Virus record (IMG/VR): IMGVR_UViG_3300032243_000867
Span: 64,001 to 128,000 of that record
Source of the DNA: a virus
Taxonomy: Duplodnaviria; Caudoviricetes
DNA length: 64,000 nucleotides
Strand: one strand, 5' to 3'
Shown one piece after another: positions 52,845-61,472 of this stretch; positions within the stretch are counted from its first letter, which is position 1; each line of letters opens with the position of its first letter. A program made the translations under genes and the position numbers. The notes beneath the pieces are model-generated. The model did not search any database. It was given only the letters and a program-made list of their open reading frames with translations, and was not told the origin of the DNA.

Positions 52845-55337
52845 ATGGCCTCGATTCAGTACAACAAGATCCTCGCAGTTCCCTCTTCGGGCCTCAAGAA
52901 CCCGGCGGCTCCCAAGGCCGTTGACAGCCTCGCCCTGTCTCTCGCTCAGACGAGCATTCAACTCGGCGCGAGCGGCTTTTTCAAGCTGCTCGACAGCGCG
53001 GGCGCGGACCTCCTCAACGCCCAGAACTCGGCCATCTCGTTCGCCCCGGACGCGAGCTTCTCGCAGGACCTCACGGTCAGCGGCGACACCATCCTCGCGG
53101 CCCTCTCGGCCACGAACGCCTCGTTCTCGGGCACGCTCGGCGTGACCGGGGCGTCCACCCTCGGCGTGCTCTCGGCGGGCGCGACGGACGTGGACAGCCT
53201 CTCGGTGGACGTGAACGCCTCGGTGGGCGGCGAGCTCACGGTCAGCGGCGACTCGAACCTCGCGGACCTGTACGCGGCGGCGGCTTCGTTCTCGGGTGAC
53301 GTGTCCGTCTCGGGCAACCTGACGGTCAACGGCAAGGTCACCACGATCAACTCGGACCAGATCATGGTCCACGATCCGATCATGGTGCTGGCCGACGGCA
53401 ACACGGCGGACACCTTCGACATCGGTTTCGTGGGCAAGCGCAAGGTCGGCGCGGCCTTCGAGAACGTGTCGTTCTTCTACGACCAGTCGGCGGGCGAGTT
53501 CGCCGTCGCCAACGTCGGCACGACCTACGGTCAGGACGGCAGCAACAACTACCAGTCCCTCACCGTGGCGTCCTACATGGACCTCCACATCGCGGACCTC
53601 GCTGCGGCCAGCGCGGACTTCTCGGCGAACGTGTCGATCTCGGGCACCCTCTCGGCGGGCAACACCACCGTTGCCGACCTGACGGCTGAGGACGGCACGT
53701 TCTCGGGCAACATCGCAGCGGTCAACGCGACCCTCTCGGGCAACATCTCCGCGGTGGACGGCACGTTCTCGGGCGACATCTCGGCGGACGACATCTCGGC
53801 GGCGACGGCGACCCTCTCGGGTGCCCTCTCGGCGGCTTCGGCCTCGATCTCTGGCGCGGCCACCATCGGCTCTACGCTCGACGTGACGGGTGCCCTCTCG
53901 GCGGCTTCGGCCAGCATCACGGGCGCGATGTCTTCGGGCTCCGTCTCGACGGGGAACCTCACCGCCTCGGGCTCGGCCACCGTTGCCGGTACGCTCTCGG
54001 CGGGCGCGACGGACGTGGACAGCCTCTCGGTGGACGGCAACGCCTCGGTGGGTGGGAACATCACCGCCGTGGACGCCACCCTCTCGGGCGACCTCGCTGC
54101 GGTTGACGCGACCCTCTCGGGCGACCTCGCCGCCGTAGGCGGCACGTTCTCGGGCAACATCGCCGCGGTTGACGCCACCCTGTCGGGTGACCTCGCGGCG
54201 GTTGACGCCACCCTGTCGGGCAACATCGCTGCGGTTGACGCCACCCTGTCGGGTGACCTCGCTGCGGTTGACGGCACGTTCTCGGGCAACATCGCGGCTG
54301 TGGACGCGACCCTCTCGGGTGACCTCTCGGCTATGGACGCGGCCCTCTCGGGCAACGCCACCATCGCGGGTACGCTCGGCGTGACGGGAGCCCTCTCGGG
54401 CTCTTCGGCCTCGTTCAGCGCCAACATCGCGGCGGTTGACGCGACCCTCTCGGGCGACCTCGCGGCGGTTGACGCGACCCTCTCGGGCGACCTCACGGTC
54501 GCGGGTGCGGCGGACCTCGACGCCCTCACCGCTTCGGGCGCGGTTCACTTCACGGCGACTGACGATGCCCTCTCCATCACCATCCCCGCGATGGCGGTCA
54601 CCGAGAACTACGCTCTCGAAGTCGAGGGCGGCGTCCACATGGACGGCCACCTCTACCTCGCCAAAACGGGCGGCTCGCTCGACCTGAGCAGTTCTCCCGT
54701 CACCCCCGACTTCATGGTCGATGGCAAGTCGGTCTTCGCCGCGCGTCTGCACTCGGGCTCGGCGTCGAACCCCGACTTCATGGTGGTTGGTCACGCCCGG
54801 TTCAACTCGGGCTTCGTGGTGGACAGCGGGGCCGCTGCCTCGATCACCGTCGCCAACGTGTCGGGCGACGCCATCTCGTTCTCGACGGGCACGGACGGCC
54901 ACATCCACCTCGACGCTGCCAAGATCCTCCGTCTCTCGGCGGCTCAGGGCATCGCGACGAACCACACCGCGAACGCCTCGGGCGCGGTGGCGGCGAACCT
55001 CGCCGTTTCCATCAACGCCACGGGGGACTTCGTCGCCGTGCGCGCCAACGAGAAGAACGCCCTCGTCCTCGGCGTGTCGCTCGCCAGCATCGCTGGTTCG
55101 ACCTCGGCCAAGGGCAAGGTTGCCGAGTTCGGCAAGGTGGACATCGCCGTCGAAGGCGGGGCCAGCATCGCCATTGGCGACCTTCTGTACCTGTCGGCCA
55201 GCGAGGCGGGCAAGGTCACGAACGTCGTCCCGGTTGACGCGGACAGCACCGCGTACCTCATGGGCAAGGCCCTCCAGGCCCCCGTCGCGGGCAAGGTCAG
55301 CATCGCGCTGCACCGCCAGTTCCTCTACAACAACTGA
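52845..55337 (+). CDS. Fibre protein with 11-aa repeats and a C-terminal DUF2190/cement-like domain
   Basis: (LSGDLAAVDAT)n 33-nt repeats; C-terminal IGDLLYLSASEAGKVT...MGKAL. Confidence 0.7.
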   Translation: MASIQYNKILAVPSSGLKNPAAPKAVDSLALSLAQTSIQLGASGFFKLLDSAGADLLNAQNSAISFAPDASFSQDLTVSGDTILAALSATNASFSGTLGVTGASTLGVLSAGATDVDSLSVDVNASVGGELTVSGDSNLADLYAAAASFSGDVSVSGNLTVNGKVTTINSDQIMVHDPIMVLADGNTADTFDIGFVGKRKVGAAFENVSFFYDQSAGEFAVANVGTTYGQDGSNNYQSLTVASYMDLHIADLAAASADFSANVSISGTLSAGNTTVADLTAEDGTFSGNIAAVNATLSGNISAVDGTFSGDISADDISAATATLSGALSAASASISGAATIGSTLDVTGALSAASASITGAMSSGSVSTGNLTASGSATVAGTLSAGATDVDSLSVDGNASVGGNITAVDATLSGDLAAVDATLSGDLAAVGGTFSGNIAAVDATLSGDLAAVDATLSGNIAAVDATLSGDLAAVDGTFSGNIAAVDATLSGDLSAMDAALSGNATIAGTLGVTGALSGSSASFSANIAAVDATLSGDLAAVDATLSGDLTVAGAADLDALTASGAVHFTATDDALSITIPAMAVTENYALEVEGGVHMDGHLYLAKTGGSLDLSSSPVTPDFMVDGKSVFAARLHSGSASNPDFMVVGHARFNSGFVVDSGAAASITVANVSGDAISFSTGTDGHIHLDAAKILRLSAAQGIATNHTANASGAVAANLAVSINATGDFVAVRANEKNALVLGVSLASIAGSTSAKGKVAEFGKVDIAVEGGASIAIGDLLYLSASEAGKVTNVVPVDADSTAYLMGKALQAPVAGKVSIALHRQFLYNN

Positions 55338-55377
55338 GTGACCCGGTAGCCCTCGCGCTACCGACACTCCCCCGCCG

Positions 55378-55420
55378 GAAAACCCCCCAGAGGCGTCGCC
55401 CTCGGGGGGGTTTTCTTTCT
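55378..55420 (+). terminator. Rho-independent terminator
   Basis: GAAAACCCCCC...GGGGGGTTTTC stem with a T-rich tail. Confidence 0.75.
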
Positions 55421-55437
55421 ATAGGGCGGGGTGTTCG

Positions 55438-55848
55438 ATGTCCGACGAGAGCGCCCCGCAAGTCAACAAGTACCTTCACATGGGCCTCGGGGAAGCCGTG
55501 CGTAGGCTCCTCGACGTTGAGATCCAGTACCGGCACGGCCAGCGGGGGGAAGCCCTCGTGAAAGAACGCGACCTGATTCTATCGGCCCTGAACCGGGTCG
55601 AGCTTCAGCTAGGGTTCGATTGCAACTCCGATGGGGTGCCCGACACTGTGGAGATTTTCCAGCAAGCTGCGGAAACCTCCTGCTGCCGTATCACCTCGTT
55701 CGACCCTCCCGCCGCGCCCTCCCCCAAGGGGGAGTCCCTCATCGTTCTCGATTCCTCGCGGTCGCCCGACCCCCCCGCGACGGTCGAAACCGTCGCGGAG
55801 TCTGAAGGTCTATTCGCCCGACTGTTCGGAACAGGTAAGAAGAAATGA
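55438..55848 (+). CDS. Hypothetical protein
   Basis: Contains a DCNSDGVPD (Ca-binding-like) loop. Confidence 0.55.
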   Translation: MSDESAPQVNKYLHMGLGEAVRRLLDVEIQYRHGQRGEALVKERDLILSALNRVELQLGFDCNSDGVPDTVEIFQQAAETSCCRITSFDPPAAPSPKGESLIVLDSSRSPDPPATVETVAESEGLFARLFGTGKKK

Positions 55849-56129
55849 CCCCCTCGATCCCCTACCTCCTCGCAGCCTACGGGCTCACGTTCGGCCTGCA
55901 AAACAAGGCTCCGTTCCTTCGCGGGAAGTTTCGGTTCACCGATGCTCTGCTGAAGTGCAGCTATTGCACGGGGTTCCACGCAGGGTGGGTCACCTACCTC
56001 GCGTCCGTCCCGCTAGAACACTCGCACCTGACAAGGTGGTCCCTCGTCGCCGCCTTGGTGTGGGCGTTCGCCTCGTCGGCCTTCAGCTACTCCGTGGACA
56101 CCGCCGTGCGACGCTTGGAGACTAAGTAG
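55845..56129 (+). CDS. Small membrane protein (DUF1360-like)
   Basis: Hydrophobic segments flanking CSYCTGFHAGW. Confidence 0.55.
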   Translation: MTPSIPYLLAAYGLTFGLQNKAPFLRGKFRFTDALLKCSYCTGFHAGWVTYLASVPLEHSHLTRWSLVAALVWAFASSAFSYSVDTAVRRLETK

Positions 56130-56133
56130 CCTC

Positions 56134-56604
56134 GTGCCCCTCGTCATCATCCCCCGTAACCCGTCTACGTCTACCTCGACGAACGTCGTCATCGACGGGG
56201 CCGTGTTCACGCCCCCCGGCGAACCCCCTATCTCGGGCGGCACGGGAACCCTTCGGTATCTGGGGATGGCCGTCGGTGCCCTCATGGACCTCGCAACGGG
56301 ACAACTCAACCTGTTCCCCGTGGGCTCCCGCACGGAAGACAACCCGCTGATGTTCTACGGGTTCCTCACGGGCATGGGCGGGTCGGGAATCATCGTCGCC
56401 ACGGGGCGGGGTTCCATCGTCACCCCGCTGTCCAAGGACGAAGGACCCCTTGAACCGGGGAAAGACGTGTTTCTGTCTCTCGTACCCGGCTACGTCACCC
56501 AAGGGTACGAGATGGAAACCGAAGGATCGGCGTACCTGCGGATCGGATACGCCCTCGACGGAACCCGCATCGTCATCGCCACCGACACCCGCATTCAGTT
56601 CTGA
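56134..56604 (+). CDS. DUF2190/cement-like virion protein
   Basis: LEPGKDVFLSLVPGYVT...RIGYA. Confidence 0.5.
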   Translation: MPLVIIPRNPSTSTSTNVVIDGAVFTPPGEPPISGGTGTLRYLGMAVGALMDLATGQLNLFPVGSRTEDNPLMFYGFLTGMGGSGIIVATGRGSIVTPLSKDEGPLEPGKDVFLSLVPGYVTQGYEMETEGSAYLRIGYALDGTRIVIATDTRIQF

Positions 56605-56613
56605 GAGACTGCC

Positions 56614-56931
56614 ATGACCCCCAGCCTGCCGATGGAAGGGCGAACGACGCCCGTCCCCTCAGCGCACGAAACGCGACTCCCCTACGACGTGCTGCAAGAC
56701 CGCCGCGAAGCCCTCTTGGTAGCGGCCCTCGCAGTCGTCGCGGTCGTCGCGGTCGTCGCCCTTGCGTTGCACTTCCGCCACCCCACGTCCACCCGCGCGC
56801 CCACCACGGAGCACCCCTGCCCTACCTGCCCCGCCGTGCCCCCGTGCCCTGCGGTGCCCCCGTGCCCCGCGTGCCCCGCGTGCCCCGCGTGCCCGACGTG
56901 CCCGCCCGAAAACACCGCAGAGCCCCTGTAG
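56614..56931 (+). CDS. Single-TM protein with CPxCP repeats
   Basis: TM segment ALLVAALAVVAVVAVVALAL, then (CPAVPP/CPA)n. Confidence 0.55.
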   Translation: MTPSLPMEGRTTPVPSAHETRLPYDVLQDRREALLVAALAVVAVVAVVALALHFRHPTSTRAPTTEHPCPTCPAVPPCPAVPPCPACPACPACPTCPPENTAEPL

Positions 56932-56940
56932 GAGGAACCC

Positions 56941-57711
56941 ATGTCAGTAGTCTTCAACCCCGGACAGACCATCGGGCAGGGTGATCTAGACATCTTCCTG
57001 ACCAACGCGGGCGGGTTTCCTGCCAATGCGGCGTCGATAACCTACGCCCTGTACTACGTCTCCCCCGGACCGCCTGAGACGGAGGTGCTCATCGGGTCCG
57101 CCACCCGCACGCCCGTCAACCCCACGGTGGGCGAGTACTACGCCTCCCTCACCGTGCCCGCGATGGCGACGCCCGGTGACTATCGCATCCGGTGGACGTT
57201 CCAGCAGTTCGCGGGTTCGCCCCCGCAACAAGTGGTGATGGAGTGGGGCGTCGTCTCGGCAGGGCTCATCGCCGTGGGTGCGTACAGCACCCTCACCCAA
57301 GGGATGATCGACAAGTTGCGGTTGCTCCTCCGAGACCAGAACCCGGACAAGTTCTACCACTTCCGGCCCCCGGAGGCCGAGGGGAACATCGGCGCGTACA
57401 ACCGCGTCTTCGGTTACGTCTGGCAGGACAACGAGCTCTTCGAGTACCTAGAGCGCGGGATGGACTGGTGGAACATGATGCCGCCCAACACGGGCGGCTT
57501 CACCCTCGACCAGATGGTCCAGCAGAAGCCCGAATGGCGCACGGCGGTCCTCTGGGACGCCATCACCCACGCTTGCTTCGCCCTCGCGTGCAATTGGGTC
57601 GTTGACGAGTTCTCGGTGAGTTCGGTTACACTACTTCACCTATCCCTGCCCGATGGTAGGAAGGTCGAGGTACCCATTGGCGAGCTCTACGACATCTGCA
57701 CCGACGAGTGA
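56941..57711 (+). CDS. Neck/head-completion-like virion protein N-extein (224 aa) + split-intein N-fragment (32 aa, 57613-57708)
   Basis: ...NWVVDEF, then SVSSVTLLHLSLPDGRKVEVPIGELYD (intein block A pattern), then stop. Confidence 0.75.
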   Translation: MSVVFNPGQTIGQGDLDIFLTNAGGFPANAASITYALYYVSPGPPETEVLIGSATRTPVNPTVGEYYASLTVPAMATPGDYRIRWTFQQFAGSPPQQVVMEWGVVSAGLIAVGAYSTLTQGMIDKLRLLLRDQNPDKFYHFRPPEAEGNIGAYNRVFGYVWQDNELFEYLERGMDWWNMMPPNTGGFTLDQMVQQKPEWRTAVLWDAITHACFALACNWVVDEFSVSSVTLLHLSLPDGRKVEVPIGELYDICTDE

Positions 57712-58657
57712 CCTGTCTCCCCGTCAAGTGTCCGTTCGGTACGGGTTCAACTCCCGCGCCGTGATGGATCTTGTTTCCGATGGAACCCTCGTGTTGAGGG
57801 GCCGGAAGGTCACCGCCGCAAGCCTATCCGCCCTCGTCGAAGGGGTGCATTACGTTCGGTGTCGGGAGTGCGGGGCGTTCGCCGCGATGATCCACTCGGC
57901 ACATCTGAAGGCGTGTTCCGGCTTGGCCTCTCTGGGCGAGTACCTAGCGAAGCATCCCGGTGCGCCCGTGATGTCGGAGCGGAACAAGGCCCGGAAAGCC
58001 AAGACCCCCTCACAGCGGGAAGCTCAGTCGCAGAAGCTCAAGGCCCGCTTCCAGACCGCCGAAGGTGATGCAACCCGCCGACAAATCGCGGACTCCTCGC
58101 GACGGATGCAAGCGTCGGAGTCCGGGCAACGTTGCAAGGATCACCTCCGCAAGATGAACTCGGACCCCGCCGTGAAAGCACAACGTAGGGCCGACACCAA
58201 AGCCCGATGGGAGTCGGGTGCCCTTCGTGAAGCCGTCGAAGGGTGGCACCGGGAACACCGGGACGAGTCCCTGTCGTCCGCCCTTCAAGCTAGGCGCTAC
58301 ATTCAACGGAAACGCACGGGCCTCCACCTCAAGTTCAAGGCCCTCATGGAGAGCAACGGGCTCCACGGGTTCGTCACCGAGTACGAGGTCGGGTACCACG
58401 CCGTGGACGAAACCCGCCCCGACTTGAAGATCGCAGTCGAAATAGACGGCTGCTACTGGCACTCTTGCCCCCAGTGCGGGCTCACCGGACCCCGGAGCAC
58501 CCTCCGCACGGACAAGACCAAGACCGCCTACTTGACCAATCGTGGGTGGACGGTGCTCCGCCTCTGGGAGCACGACATCAACCGCGACCCTATGGGGTGC
58601 CTAGATCGTATTCGTCAACTCGTCGCGGACAAGGAACGTGAGAACCATGTTGGATGA
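57653..58657 (+). CDS. Free-standing Vsr/DUF559-like endonuclease with an HTH/Zn-finger N-region
   Basis: CRECG..H..C, basic helical repeats, FVTEYEV...VD...IAVEIDGCYWH...DKTK...RGWTVLRLWEHDI; start codon uncertain. Confidence 0.8.
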   Translation: MVGRSRYPLASSTTSAPTSDLSPRQVSVRYGFNSRAVMDLVSDGTLVLRGRKVTAASLSALVEGVHYVRCRECGAFAAMIHSAHLKACSGLASLGEYLAKHPGAPVMSERNKARKAKTPSQREAQSQKLKARFQTAEGDATRRQIADSSRRMQASESGQRCKDHLRKMNSDPAVKAQRRADTKARWESGALREAVEGWHREHRDESLSSALQARRYIQRKRTGLHLKFKALMESNGLHGFVTEYEVGYHAVDETRPDLKIAVEIDGCYWHSCPQCGLTGPRSTLRTDKTKTAYLTNRGWTVLRLWEHDINRDPMGCLDRIRQLVADKERENHVG

Positions 58658-59276
58658 AGCAACCCGAGCCGCAATCCGTGAAGCCTACCGGGCTGGAAAA
58701 CTCAAGGTCGAAGCCGTAGACCCGGCGACGGGGGCAGCTTCTCTTCAGACCGTCACCGCCGTCCTGCGGCACCGCACCCCCCACAAAGACATGGTCCGGG
58801 TGACGCTGACGGACGGTCGATGGGTGGAATGCACCGTGGACCACAGCCTCTTCACCATGGCCGGGGAAGGCGTCACGCCCGTTCCCGCCGGGGAGCTCCA
58901 CGCCGGGGCCTTCATCGCCACGGTCGAGGGCGGGGTAGCCAAGGGTGTCGAGGTGGCCTCCGTCGTGTCCCTACCCCCCGAGGAACACACCTACGACCTG
59001 TCCGTGCCGGGACCCGAGAACTTCGTCCTCGCCAACGGAATCCTCGCCCACAACTCGTACTCCATCGGTGGCGTCTCGTTGGACATCGAAAAGGCCAGCA
59101 AGTACGAGAGCCTCAAGCAAAACGCTGAGTCCCAGTTCGACAAGGCGGCGGAAGCCAAGGCCCGCACCGTCAAGTTCATCCGGGGCATTCAGCAGCCCAA
59201 GTACGGGGTGGGTATTCGCAGTTCCTTCGGACCAAATGTAGGTAGAGGTGTGCTAAGTCCCCGTAATTTCCTTTGA
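58647..59276 (+). CDS. Split-intein C-fragment (136 aa, 58647-59054) + C-extein (73 aa) of the virion protein
   Basis: AAGGA SD; LKVEAVDP...block B CTVDHSLF; TYDLSVPGPENFVLANGILAHN, then Ser+1 SYSIGGVSLDIEK. Confidence 0.85.
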   Translation: MLDEATRAAIREAYRAGKLKVEAVDPATGAASLQTVTAVLRHRTPHKDMVRVTLTDGRWVECTVDHSLFTMAGEGVTPVPAGELHAGAFIATVEGGVAKGVEVASVVSLPPEEHTYDLSVPGPENFVLANGILAHNSYSIGGVSLDIEKASKYESLKQNAESQFDKAAEAKARTVKFIRGIQQPKYGVGIRSSFGPNVGRGVLSPRNFL

Positions 59277-59358
59277 ACCTCGTGTAGGCAGCGGGGTATT
59301 GACTCCTCGAACCGGAGTCCCACCGCCCCCGCCCTCAATAAAAAGTACGGTGCAGGGG

Positions 59359-59393
59359 TTGACTTCCCCAATACGGGGCTTACGATTCGGGTC
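59359..59393 (+). promoter_or_regulatory. Sigma70-like promoter for an apparently leaderless endonuclease gene
   Basis: TTGACT-16 nt-TACGAT-7 nt-ATG(59394). Confidence 0.6.
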
Positions 59394-60875
59394 ATGGAAT
59401 ACCGACCTGAAGCCCCGTGTCCCGCCTGTCAACAATCCGTCCCCCTCAAGGGTCTCGCGAAGCACGCCTCGGGGTGCCCAAAATGGGGCACGCTGGGTGT
59501 TCCCGCGTCCCTGTTCAACTGGGACGGGTACTTCAAGCGCGGCCCCTATGCGGACGGGTTGACGGAGGGCACCGACTACGTTCGGTGTCAGGAGTGCCCG
59601 GACGGGGCGCGGGGGGATCGCGGCCTCCGTCTGATGGATCACGTCAAGAAGGTTCACGGCTTGACGAAAGAGACGTACCTAGAGCGGCATCCGGGTGCCC
59701 TTCTCAACGTCCCCGCCACCTTAGAGCGCCGCAAGGCTACGGTGTCGGAGCGGTACGACGGGGCGACCAATGTGTTCCAAGTGCCCGACGTGAAGGATCG
59801 CATTCGGGACGTGATGGCCGAGAAGTACGGTGGGACCGGGGTTGGGTCTCCCGAGCTACGGGCGAAGATTGAGCAGACCAACGAGGCGCGGTACGGGAGT
59901 GCCAACCCGTTCGGGTCCGACGAGGTGCAGGAGAAGATTCGGGCGACGTGGCGGGAGAAGTACCAGTGCGACAACCCTAACCAGTCTCCTGAGATCATGG
60001 CGAAGCGTATTGCGACGAACCGCAAGACGCACGGTGCGGATCACTACGTCGAGACCGACGATTTCAAGGGGAAGTTCAAGGCGGCGAGCCAAGAGCGGTT
60101 CAAGGCGGACCATCCGATGCAATCGGAAGAGGGTAAGCAGCTTTGTTTTGATGGGGTACAAGCAAACCACGGGGTTGATACCGTATTCAGTTTGCCTGAA
60201 GTCCAGAAGCGGGCCTACGAGTCCAACCTTGCAAACCACGGCGGGAAGCACTCGCAGCAGTGCCCCGAGGTGCTGGAGAAGGCGCGGGAGACGTGGCGGG
60301 AGAAGTACAACACGGACAACCCGTCGAGGGTCGAGGCCGTCAAGCAGAAGATCAAGGACGTGTGGGAGGGGAAGTACGGGGTTCCGTTTCCGCCGCAGAG
60401 CTTGTGGCTGAACCAGACGCACTCGTCTCCCAACGGGCTGGAGCGGAAGGTTCAAGCGATGCTCCCCGTGTACGTCCTCTACACGGGGGACAAGACGTAC
60501 AACGTGAGGTTGCCCGGTACTTCACGGGACAAGTACCCCGACTTCGTGGTGCTGGCCCCGGATCAGTTGCTGGCCTACCAATCTGGGACGCCCTTGAAGT
60601 CCCTTCGGATCGAGGCTGTCTGCGAGGCGTTTGGTTCGTACTGGCACGGCCCGGAAATGACGGGGGTGTCCCGCGACGACCACTACAACGAGGTCATGGA
60701 CTACTATGCCCGGTGCGGACTTCGGTGCTTGATCTTGTGGGAGCACGACGTAGACGGGCAACCGGGCGAGGTGGCCGATCAGCTTCGGCGGTTCCTGTCC
60801 GACGTGGCGGGGGACGTAACACCTTCTGGCGGCGGGGGTGACCCGTCTGTTCTGGATTTTTTTCGAGGGGCTTGA
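59394..60875 (+). CDS. Free-standing homing-endonuclease-like protein (Zn fingers + EKYG/NP helical repeats + Vsr-like nuclease)
   Basis: CPAC..H...C, CQEC...H, repeated (E/R)(K/R)YG..NP motifs, KYPDFVV...EAFGSYWH...ILWEHD. Confidence 0.75.
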   Translation: MEYRPEAPCPACQQSVPLKGLAKHASGCPKWGTLGVPASLFNWDGYFKRGPYADGLTEGTDYVRCQECPDGARGDRGLRLMDHVKKVHGLTKETYLERHPGALLNVPATLERRKATVSERYDGATNVFQVPDVKDRIRDVMAEKYGGTGVGSPELRAKIEQTNEARYGSANPFGSDEVQEKIRATWREKYQCDNPNQSPEIMAKRIATNRKTHGADHYVETDDFKGKFKAASQERFKADHPMQSEEGKQLCFDGVQANHGVDTVFSLPEVQKRAYESNLANHGGKHSQQCPEVLEKARETWREKYNTDNPSRVEAVKQKIKDVWEGKYGVPFPPQSLWLNQTHSSPNGLERKVQAMLPVYVLYTGDKTYNVRLPGTSRDKYPDFVVLAPDQLLAYQSGTPLKSLRIEAVCEAFGSYWHGPEMTGVSRDDHYNEVMDYYARCGLRCLILWEHDVDGQPGEVADQLRRFLSDVAGDVTPSGGGGDPSVLDFFRGA

Positions 60876-60878
60876 GAC

Positions 60879-61451
60879 ATGAGTTCATTCATCCGTCCGT
60901 CACCGATTCGCGCGGTTCACTTCGCCAAGCAGAACGTCACGGAGACACTTCGGGAGGAGTGGGACGAGGGGGGGGTGATGTACCAAGGGCAGATCCCATC
61001 CGGCGTCAAGGTGGGCGACCCGTTGGTGGTGCGGCCCAGTGAAAGGGTGACTTGGTGGTTGGTGATCGAGGGCAGCGAGAGCGATCTTCGGGCTCGTCGG
61101 TGTCGCGCCCGGATCACCTTGATCCGTGACCGGGACGAGGTGGAGTACCTTCAAGGGGTGGTTGAGACGGCCCTGTTGCGGTTTGTTGCCCACGAGTTCC
61201 CGTCGTACCGGGTGACGGTCGAACGGGACCGGGCTCCGCAGCGCGGAGTCACCTTGTTCGCGGTAGGCCCGGAGAAGCCCCTGCACTACGGGTCTGGGGG
61301 GAAGCTATCAAAGGGGTGGACGAACCTCGTTCTCGGGGACATCCCGCACGAGAGGGACGCGAAGCACCCGTACGTCAGTTCGGTCAAGGTGGCCGACGCG
61401 GGCACGGAGGGCGAGCTTCTCAAGTACCGGATTCGTGCCGAGATCATCTAG
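60879..61451 (+). CDS. Hypothetical protein
   Basis: 190 aa ORF filling the gap. Confidence 0.55.
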   Translation: MSSFIRPSPIRAVHFAKQNVTETLREEWDEGGVMYQGQIPSGVKVGDPLVVRPSERVTWWLVIEGSESDLRARRCRARITLIRDRDEVEYLQGVVETALLRFVAHEFPSYRVTVERDRAPQRGVTLFAVGPEKPLHYGSGGKLSKGWTNLVLGDIPHERDAKHPYVSSVKVADAGTEGELLKYRIRAEII

Positions 61452-61472
61452 TAGAGCGTGCCTCGTCCTGCG

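Noticed and set aside
52830-55367. 845-aa minus-strand ORF
   Set aside because: Antisense of the repeat-rich fibre gene.
57708-57712. Programmed frameshift fusing IntN, endonuclease and IntC into one cis-intein
   Set aside because: It would need two separate frameshifts, no slippery heptamer was seen, and IntC has its own SD and ATG. The split model is simpler, though reads should be checked.
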